Shown here piece after piece: positions 51,500-62,300 of a DNA stretch of 64,000 bases (the stretch's first letter is position 1; each line of letters starts with the position of its first letter). Both the position numbers and the translations under genes were made by a program. A model generated the notes under the pieces. It was not told the DNA's origin, made no database searches, and saw only the letters and a program-made list of their open reading frames with translations. This stretch comes from the human T2T-CHM13v2.0 reference genome, Homo sapiens, in assembly GCF_009914755.1 (NCBI RefSeq), contig NC_060947.1; one strand, given 5' to 3'.

Positions 51500-54400
51500 T
51501 CAGAACTTTCTGAGAATGCTTCTCCTTAGTTTTTACATGAACATATACCCGTTTCGAACGAAGGCCACCCAGTGGTCCAAATATCCACTTGCAGATTCTA
51601 CAGAAAGAGTGTTTCTAACCTGAACTCTCAAAGGCAGGTTCATCTCTGTGAGTTAAATGCATTCGTCATGAAGAACTTTCTCAGCGTGTTTGTGTTTAGT
51701 TATGGGAAATTATTCCCGTTCCCAACGAAATCCTCAGAGAGGTCCAAATGTCCACCTGCAGATTCTACCAAAAGTGTATTTGGAAACTGCTCCATCAAAA
51801 GGCATGTTCAGCTCTGTGAGTGAAACTCCATCATCACAAAGAATATTCTGAGAATGCTTCCGTTTGCCTTTTATATGAAGTTCCTTCCTATACGACCGTA
51901 GGCCTCAAAGCAGTCCAAATCTCCATTTGCAGATTCTACAAAAAGAGTGATTCCAATCTGCTCTATCAATAGGATTGTTCAACTCCATGAGTTGAATGCC
52001 ATCCTCACAAAGTCGTTTCTGAGAATGCTTCTATCTAGTTTTTATGTGAAGATATTTCCTTTTCCACCACAGGCCTCAAAGCCCTCCAAACGTCCACTTG
52101 CAGATTCTCGAAAAAGAGTGTTTCATAGCTGCTCTTTCAAAAGGAAAGTTCAACTCTGGGAGTTGAATACAAACATCACAAAGTAGTTTCCGAGAATGCT
52201 TCTGTTTAGTTCTTATGTGAAGATGATCCCGTTTCCAGTGAAATCTTCAAAGAGGTCCACATATCCCCTTGCAGATTCCAAAGAAAGAGGGTTTCAAAAC
52301 TGCTCCATCAAAAGGATTGTTCAACTCTGTGAGTTGAATGCAGTCATCGCAGAAAACTTTCTGAGAATGCTTCTGTCTAGGTTTGATGTGAAGATATAGG
52401 CGTTTCAAACGAAGGCTACAAAGTGGTCAAAATATACACTTGCAGATTCTACTACAAGGGTGTTGCAAACCTGAACTATCAAAGGAAGTTTCAACTCTGT
52501 GGGTTGAATACAAACATCGCAAAGAATGTTCTGAGTTTGCTTCCGTTCAGTTATGGGAAGTTGATCCCCTTCCCAACGAAATCCTCAGAGAGGTCCAAAT
52601 ATCCCCTTGCAGATTCTACAAAACGTGTGTTTGGAAACTGCTCCATCATAACGAATGTTCAGCTCTCTGAGTTAAACTCCATCATCACAAAGAATTTTCT
52701 GAGAGTGCTACCGTCTAGTTTTTATATGAAGTTCTTTCCTTTACTACCACAGGCCTCAAAGCGGTCCAAATCTCCACTTGCAGATTCTACAAAAAGAGTG
52801 TCTGCAAACTGCTCTATCAAAAGGAATGTTCAACTCTGGGAGTTGAATGCAATCATCACAGAGCAGTTTCTGAGAAGGCTTCTATGTCGTTTTTAGGAGA
52901 AGATATTTCGTTTTCCAACACAGTCCTCCAAGCCCGCTAAATATCCACTTGCACATTGTAGAAAAAGTGTGTCGAAGCTGCGCTATCAAAGGGAAAGTTC
53001 AACTCTGTAAGGTGAATGCAAACATCCCAAAGAAGTTTCTGAGAATGCTTCCGTTTAGCTTTTAGGTGAAGATTATCCCGTTTCCAACGAAAGCTTCAAA
53101 GAGGTCCAAATATCCCCTTGCGGATCCCACAGAAAGAGTGTTTCGAAACTGCTGTTTCAAAAGGAATCTTCAACTCTGTGAGTTGAATGCAATCATCACA
53201 AAGAAGTTTCTGACAATGCTTCTCTCTCGTCTTTCTGTGAAGATAAAGGAAAAGGCTTTCAGGCCTTTGCCACCACAGGCCTGAAAGCGCTCCAAATGTC
53301 CACTTGCAGATTCTGCCAAAAGAATATTTCAAAACTGCTCTATGAAAAGCAATGTTAAACTCTGTGGCTCGAACACAAACATCACAAAGCGGTCTCTGAG
53401 AATGCTTCAGTTTAGTTTTTCTTTGGAAATATTCCCGTTTCCAAAGAAATCTTCAAAGACGTCCACGTATCCACTTACAGATTCTACAAAAAGACAGTTT
53501 CAAAACTGCTCAATCAAAAGGAGGGTTCAACTGTGTGACTTGAATGCAATCATCACTCAGAAGTTTCTGAGAATGCTTCTCTTTAGTTTTTACGTGAACA
53601 TATACCCGTTTCGAACGAAGGCCACCCATTGGTCCAAATGTCCACTTGCAGATTCTACAGAAAGAGTGTTTCGAACCTGAACTCTCAAAGGCAGGTTCAT
53701 CTCTGCGAGTTAAATGCATTCATCATGAAGAACTTTCTCAGAGTGTTTGTGTTAAGTTATGGGAAATTATTCCCGTTTCCAACGAAATCCTCAGATAGCT
53801 CCAAATATCCACCTGCAGATTCTACCAAAAGTGTATTTGGAAACTGCTCCATCAAAAGGCATGTTCAGCTCTGTGAGTGAAACTCCATCATCACAAAGAA
53901 TATTCTGAGAATGCTTCCGTTTGCCTTTTATATGAAGTTCCTTCCTATACGACCGTAGGCCTCAAAGCAGTCCAAATCTCCATTTGCAGATTCTACAAAA
54001 AGAGTGATTCCAATCTGCTCTATCAATAGGATTGTTCAACTCCATGAGTTGAATGCCATCCTCACAAAGTCGTTTCTGAGAATGCTTCTATCTAGTTTTT
54101 ATGTGAAGATATTTCCTTTTCCACCACAGGCCTCAAAGCCCTCCAAACGTCCACTTTTAGATTCTCGAAAAAGAGTGTTTCATAGCTGCTCTTTCAAAAG
54201 GAAAGTTCAACTCTGAGAGTTGAATACAAACATCACAAAGTAGTTTCCGAGAATGCTTCTGTTTAGTTCTTATGTGAAGATGATCCCGTTTCCAGTGAAA
54301 TCTTCAAAGAGGTCCACATATCCCCATGCAGATTCCAAAGAAAGAGGGTTTCAAATCTGCTCCATCAAAAGGATTGTTCAACTCTGTGAGTTGAATGCAG

Positions 54401-57400
54401 TCATCGCAGAAAACTTTCTGAGAATGCTTCTGTCTAGGTTTGATGTGAAGATATAGACGTTTCAAACGAAGGCTACAAAGTGGTGAAAATATACACTTGC
54501 AGATTCTACTACAAGGGTGTTGCAAACCTGAACTATCAAAGGAAGGTTCAACTCTGTGGGTTGAATACAAACATCGCAAAGAATGTTCTGAGTTTGCTTC
54601 CGTTCAGTTATGGGAAGTTGATCCCCTTCCCAACGAAATCCTCAGAGAGGTCCAAATATCCCCTTGCAGATTCTACAAAACGTGTGTTTGGAAACTGCTC
54701 CATCATAACGAATGTTCAGCTCTCTGAGTTAAACTCCATCGTCACAAAGAATTTTCTGAGAGTGCTACCGTCTAGTTTTTATATGAAGTTCTTTCCTTTA
54801 CTACCACAGGCCTCAAAGCGGTCCAAATCTCCACTTGCAGATTCTACAAAAAGAGTGTCTGCAAACTGCTCTATCAAAAGGAATGTTCAACTCTGGGAGT
54901 TGAATGCAATCATCACAGAGCAGTTTCTGAGAATGCTTCTATGTCGTTTTTAGGAGAAGATATTTCCTATTCCAACACAGTCCTCCAAGCCCGCTAAATA
55001 GCCACTTGCACATTGTAGAAAAAGTGTGTCGAAGCTGCGCTATCAAAGGGAAAGTTCAACTCTGTGAGGTGAATGCAAACATCCCAAAGAAGTTTCTGAG
55101 AATGCTTCCGTTTAGCTTTTAGGTGAAGATTATCCCGTTTGCAACGAAATCTTCAAAGAGGTCCAAATATCCCCTTGCGGATCCCACAGAAAGAGTGTTT
55201 CGAAACTGCTGTTTCAAAAGGAATCTTCAACTCTGTGAGTTGAATGCAATCATCACAAAGAAGTTTCTGACAATGCTTCTCTCTCGTCTTTCTGTGAAGA
55301 TAAAGGAAAAGGCTTTCAGGCCTTTTCCACCACAGGCCTGAAAGCGCTCCAAATGTCCACTTGCAGATTCTGCCAAAAGAATATTTCAAAACTGCTCTAT
55401 GAAAAGCAATGTTAAACTCTGCGGCTCGAACACAAACATCACAAAGCAGTTTCTGAGAATGCTTCAGTTTAGTTTTTCAGTGGAAATATTCCCGTTTCCA
55501 AAGAAATCTTCAAAGAGGTCCACGTATCCACTTACAGATTCTACAAAAAGACAGTTTCAAAACTGCTCAATCAAAAGGAGGGTTCAACTGTGTGACTTGA
55601 ATGCAATCATCACTCAGAACTTTCTGAGAATGCTTCTCTTTAGTTTTTACGTGAACATATACCCGTTTCGAACGAAGGCCACCCAGTGGTCCAAATATCC
55701 ACTTGCAGATTCTACAGAAAGAGTGTTTCGAACCTGAACTCTCAAAGGCAGGTTCATCTCTGCGAGTTAAATGCATTCGTCATGAAGAACTTTCTCAGCG
55801 TGTTTGTGTTTAGTTATGGGAAATTATTCCCGTTCCCAACGAAATCCTCAGAGAGGTCCAAATGTCCACCTGCAGATTCTACCAAAAGTGTATTTGGAAA
55901 CTGCTCCATCAAAAGGCATCTTCAGCTCTGTGAGTGAAACTCCATCATCACAAAGAATATTCTGAGAATGCTTCCATTTGCCTTTTATATGAAGTTCCTT
56001 CCTATACGACCGTAGGCCTCAAAGCAGTCCAAATCTCCATTTGCAGATTCTACAAAAAGAGTGATTCCAATCTGCTCTATCAATAGGATTGTTCAACTCC
56101 ATGAGTTGAATGCCATCCTCACAAAGTCGTTTCTGAGAATGCTTCTATTTAGTTTTTATGTGAAGATATTTCCTTTTCCACCACAGGCCTCAAAGCCCTC
56201 CAAACGTCCACTTGCAGATCCTCGAAAAAGATTGTTTCATAGCTGCTCTTTCAAAAGGAAAGTTCAACTCTGGGAGTTGAATACAAACATCACAAAGTAG
56301 TTTCCGAGAATGCTTCTGTTTAGTTCTTATGTGAAGATGATCCCGTTTCCAGTGAAATCTTCAAAGACGTCCACATATCCCCTTGCAGATTCCAAAGAAA
56401 GAGGGTTTCAAAACTGCTCCATCAAAAGGATTGTTCAACTCTGTGAGTTGAATGCAGTCATCGCAGAAAACTTTCTGAGAATGCTTCTGTCTAGGTTTGA
56501 TGTGAAGAAATAGACGTTTCAAACGAAGGCTACAAAGTGGTCAAAATATACACTTGCAGATTCTACTACAAGGGTGTTGCAAACCTGAACTCTCAAAGGA
56601 AGTTTCAACTCTGTGGGTTGAATACAAACATCGCAAAGAATGTTCTGAGTTTGCTTCCGTTCAGTTATGGGAAGTTGCTCCCGTTTACAACGAAATCCTC
56701 AGAGAGGTCCAAATATCCCCTTGCAGATTCTACAAAACGTGTGTTTGGAAACTGCTCCATCATAACGAATGTTCAGCTCCCTGAGTTAAACTCCATCGTC
56801 ACAAAGAATTTTCTGAGAGTGCTACCGTCTAGTTTTTATATGAAGTTCTTTCCTTTACTACCACAGGCCTCAAAGCGGTCCAAATCTCCACTTGCAGATT
56901 CTACAAAAAGAGTGTCTGCAAACTGCTCTATCAAAAGGAATGTTCAACTCTGGGAATTGAATGCAATCATCACAGAGCAGTTTCTCAGAATGCTTCTATG
57001 TCGTTTTTAGGAGAAGATATTTCCTTTTCCAACACAGTCCTCCAAGCCCGCTAAATAGCCACTTGCACATTGTAGAAAAAGTGTGTCGTAGCTGCGCTAT
57101 CAAAGGGAAAGTTCAACTCTGTGAGGTGAATGCAAACATCCCAAAGAAGTTTCTGAGAATGCTTCCGTTTAGCTTTTAGGTGAAGATTATCCCGTTTCCA
57201 ACGAAACCTTCAAAGAGGTCCAAATATCCCCTTGCGGATCCCACAGAAAGAGTGTTTCGAAACTGCTGTTTCAAAAGGAATCTTCAACTCTGTGAGTTGA
57301 ATGCAATCATCACAAAGAAGTTTCTGACAATGCTTCTCTCTCGTCTTTCTGTGAAGATAAAGGAAAAGGTTTTCAGGCCTTTGCCACAACAGGCCTGAAA

Positions 57401-59300
57401 GCGCTCCAAATGTCCACTTGCAGATTCTGCCAAAAGAATATTTCAAAACTGCTCTATGAAAAGCAATGTTAAACTCTGCGGCTCGAACACAAACATCACA
57501 AAGCGGTCTCTGAGAATGCTTCAGTTTAGTTTTTCTTTGGAAATATTCCCGTTTCCAAAGAAATCTTCAAAGAGGTCCACGTATCCACTTACAGATTCTA
57601 CAAAAAGACAGTTTCAAAACTGCTCAATCAAAAGGAGGGTTCAACTGTGTGACTTGAATGCAATCATCACTCAGAACTTTCTGAGAATGCTTCTCTTTAG
57701 TTTTTACGTGAACATATACCCGTTTCGAACGAAGGCCACCCAGTGGTCCAAATGTCCACTTGCAGATTCTACAGAAAGAGTGTTTCGAACCTGAACTCTC
57801 AAAGGCAGGTTCATCTCTGCGAGTTAAATGCATTCATCATGAAGAACTTTCTCAGAGTGTTTGTGTTTAGTTATGGGAAATTATTCCCGTTTCCAACGAA
57901 ATCCTCAGAGAGCTCCAAATATCCACCTGCAGATTCTACCAAAAGTGTATTTGGAAACTGCTCCATCAAAAGGCATCTTCAGCTCTGTGAGTGAAACTCC
58001 ATCATCACAAAGAATATTCTGAGAATGCTTCCGTTTGCCTTTTATATGAAGTTCCTTCCTATACGACTGTAGGCCTCAAAGCAGTCCAAATCTCCATTTG
58101 CAGATTCTACAAAAAGAGTGATTCCAATCTGCTCTATCAATAGGATTGTTCAACTCCATGAGTTGAATGCCATCCTCACAAAGTCGTTTCTGAGAATGCT
58201 TCTATCTAGTTTTTATGTGAAGATATTTCCTTTTCCACCGCAGGCCTCAAAGCCCTCCAAACGTCCACTTGCAGATTCTCGAAAAAGAGTGTTTCATAGC
58301 TGCTCTTTCAAAAGGAAAGTTCAACTCTGGGAGTTGAATACAAACATCACAAAGTAGTTTCCGAGAATGCTTCTGTTTAGTTCTTATGTGAAGATGATCC
58401 CGTTTCCAGTGAAATCTTCAAAGACGTCCACATATCCCCTTGTAGATTCCAAAGAAAGAGGGTTTCAAAACTGCTCCATCAAAAGGATTGTTCAACTCTG
58501 TGAGTTGAATGCAGTCATCGCAGAAAACTTTCTGAGAATGCTTCTGTCTAGGTTTGATGTGAAGATATAGACGTTTCAAACGAAGGCTACAAAGTGGTCA
58601 AAATATACACTTGCAGATTCTACTACAAGGGTGTTGCAAACCTGAACTATCAAAGGAAGGTTCAACTCTGTGGGTTGAATACAAACATCGCAAAGAATGT
58701 TCTGAGTTTGCTTCCGTTCAGTTATGGGAAGTTGATCCCCTTCCCAACGAAATCCTCAGAGAGGTCCAAATATCCCCTTGCAGATTCTACAAAACGTGTG
58801 TTTGGAAACTGCTCCATCATAACGAATGTTCAGCTCTCTGAGTTAAACTCCATCGTCACAAAGAATTTTCTGAGAGTGATACCGTCTAGTTTTTATATGA
58901 AGTTCTTTCCTTTACTACCACAGGCCTCAAAGCGGTCCAAATCTCCACTTGCAGATTTTACAAAAAGAGTGTCTGCAAACTGCTCTATCAAAAGGAATGT
59001 TCAACTCTGGGAGTTGAATGCAATCATCACAGAGCAGTTTCTGAGAATGCTTCTATGTCGTTTTTAGGAGAAGATATTTCCTATTCCAACACAGTCCTCG
59101 AAGCCCGCTAAATAGCCACTTGCACATTGTAGAAAATGTGTGTCGAAGCTGCGCTATCAAAGGGAAAGTTCAACTCTGTGAGGTGAATGCAAACATCCCA
59201 AAGAAGTTTCTGAGAATGCTTCCGTTTAGCTTTTACCTGAAGATTATCCCGTTTCCAACGAAAGCTTCAAAGACGTCCAAATATCCCCTTACGGATCCCA
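51500..59300 (-). repeat. Older, more diverged 2-HOR periodicity (4114 bp; boundaries approximate)
   Basis: Shared at +4114: cggtctctg and ctTtggaaat ~53390-53423/57504-57537, agCtccaaatAtcc ~53798/57912, cctAttcc ~54969/59083, atcccCttccc ~54626/58740, ggaagTttc ~52489/56603. Many private substitutions lie between these markers. Confidence 0.72.
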
Positions 59301-62300
59301 CAGAAAGAGTGTTTCGAAACTGCTGTTTCAAAAGGAATCTTCAACTCTGTGAGTTGAATGCAATCATCACAAAGAAGTTTCTGACAATGCTTCTCTCTCG
59401 TCTTTCTGTGAAGATAAAGGAAAAGGCTTTCAGGCCTTTTCCACCACAGGCCTGAAAGCGCTCCAAATGTCCACTTGCAGATTCTGCCAAAAGAATATTT
59501 CAAAACTGCTCTATGAAAAGCAATGTTAAACTCTGTGGCTCGAACACAAACATCACAAAGCAGTTTCTGAGAATGCTTCAGTTTAGTTTTTCTGTGGAAA
59601 TATTCCCGTTTCCAAAGAAATCTTCAAAGAGGTCCACGTATCCACTTACAGATTCTACAAAAAGACAGTTTCAAAACTGCTCAATCAAAAGGAGGGTTCA
59701 ACTGTGTGACTTGAATGCAATCATCACTCAGAACTTTCTGAGAATGCTTCTCTTTAGTTTTTACGTGAACATATACCCGTTTCGAACGAAGGCCACCCAG
59801 TGGTCCAAATGTCCACTTGCAGATTCTACAGAAAGAGTGTTTAGAACCTGAACTCTCAAAGGCAGGTTCATCTCTGCGAGTTAAATGCATTCATCATGAA
59901 GAACTTTCTCAGCGTGTTTGTGTTTAGTTATGGGAAATTATTCCCGTTCCCAACGAAATCCTCAGAGAGGTCCAAATGTCCACCTGCAGATTCTACCAAA
60001 AGTGTATTTGGAAACTGCTCCATCAACAGGCATGTTCAGCTCTGTGAGTGAAACTCCATCATCACAAGAATATTCTGAGAATGCTTCCGTTTGCCTTTTA
60101 TATGAAGTTCCTTCCTATACGACCGTAGGCCTCAAAGCAGTCCAAATCTCCATTTGCAGATTCTACAAAAAGAGTGATTCCAATCTGCTCTATCAATAGG
60201 ATTGTTCAACTCCATGAGTTGAATGCCATCCTCACAAAGTCGTTTCTGAGAATGCTTCTATCTAGTTTTTATGTGAAGATATTTCCTTTTCCACCACAGG
60301 CCTCAAAGCCCTCCAAACGTCCACTTGCAGATTCTCGAAAAAGAGTGTTTCATAGCTGCTCTTTCAAAAGGAAAGTTCAACTCTGGGAGTTGAATACAAA
60401 CATCACAAAGTAGTTTCCGAGAATGCTTCTGTTTAGTTTTTATGTGAAGATGATCCCGTTTCCAGTGAAATCTTCAAAGAGGTCCACATATCCCCTTGCA
60501 GATTCCAAAGAAAGAGGGTTTCAAAACTGCTCCATCAAAAGGATTGTTCAACTCTGTGAGTTGAATGCAGTCATCGCAGAAAACTTTCTGAGAATGCTTC
60601 TGTCTAGGTTTGATGTGAAGATATAGACCTTTCAAACGAAGGCTACAAAGTGGTCAAAATATACACTTGCAGATTGTACTACAAGGGTGTTGCAAACCTG
60701 AACTATCAAAGGAAGGTTCAACTCTGTGGGTTGAATACAAACATCGCAAAGAATGTTCTGAGTTTGCTTCCGTTCAGTTATGGGAAGTTGATCCCGTTTC
60801 CAACGAAATCCTCAGAGAGGTCCAAATATCCCCTTGCAGATTCTACAAAACGTGTGTTTGGAAACTGCTCCATCATAAGGAATCTTCAGCTCTCTGAGTT
60901 AAACTCCATCGTCACAAAGAATTTTCTGAGAGTGCTACCGTCTAGTTTTTATATGAAGTTCTTTCCTTTACTACCACAGGCCTCAAAGCGGTCCAAATCT
61001 CCACTTGCAGATTCTACAAAAAGAGTGTCTGCAAACTGCTCTATCAAAAGGAATGTTCAGCTCTGGGAATTCAATGCAATCATCACAGAGCAGTTTCTGA
61101 GAATGCTTCTATGTCGTTTTTAGGAGAAGATATTTCCTTTTCCAACACAGTCCTCCAAGCCCGCTAAATATCCACTTGCACATTGTAGAAAAAGTGTGTC
61201 GAAGCTGCGCTATCAAAGGGAAAGTTCAACTCTGTGAGGTGAATGCAAACATCCCAAAGAAGTTTCTGAGAATGCTTCCGTTTAGCTTTTAGGTGAAGAT
61301 TATCCCGTTTCCAACGAAACCTTCAAAGAGGTCCAAATATCCCCTTGCGGATCCCACAGAAAGAGTGTTTCGAAACTGCTGTTTAAAAAGGAATCTTCAA
61401 CTATGTGAGATGAATGCAATCATCACAAAGAAGTTTCTGACAATGCTTCTCTCTCGTCTTTCTGTGAAGATAAAGGAAAAGGCTTTCAGGCGTTTTCCAC
61501 CGCAGGCCTGAAAGCGCTCCAAATGTCCACTTGCAGATTCTGCCAAAAGAATATTTCAAAACTGCTCTATGAAAAGCAATGTTAAACTCTGCGGCTCGAA
61601 CACAAACATCACAACGCAGTTTCTGAGAATGCTTCTGTTTAGTTTTTCTGTGGAAATATTCCCGTTTCCAAAGAAATCTTCAAAGAGGTCCACGTATCCA
61701 CTTACAGATTCTACAAAAAGACAGTTTCAAAACTGCTCAATCAAAAGGAGGGTTCAACTGTGTGACTTGAATGCAATCATCACTCAGAAGTTTCTGAGAA
61801 TGCTTCTCTTTAGTTTTTACGTGAACATATACCCGTTTCGAACGAAGGCCACCCAGTGGTCCAAATATCCACTTGCAGATTCTACAGAAAGAGTGTTTCG
61901 AACCTGAACTCTCAAAGGCAGGTTCATCTCTGCGAGTTAAATGCATTCATCATGAAGAACTTTCTCAGCGTGTTTGTGTTTAGTTATGGGAAATTATTCC
62001 CGTTCCCAACGAAATCCTCAGAGAGGTCCAAATGTCCACCTGCAGATTCTACCAAAAGTGTATTTGGAAACTGCTCCATCAACAGGCATGTTCAGCTCTG
62101 TGAGTGAAACTCCATCATCACAAAGAATATTCTGAGAATGCTTCCATTTGCCTTTTATATGAAGTTCCTTCCTATACGACCGTAGGCCTCAAAACAGTCC
62201 AAATCTCCATTTGCAGATTCTACAAAAAGAGTGATTCCAATCTGCTCTATCAATAGGATTGTTCAACTCCATGAGTTGAATGCCATCCTCACAAAGTCGT

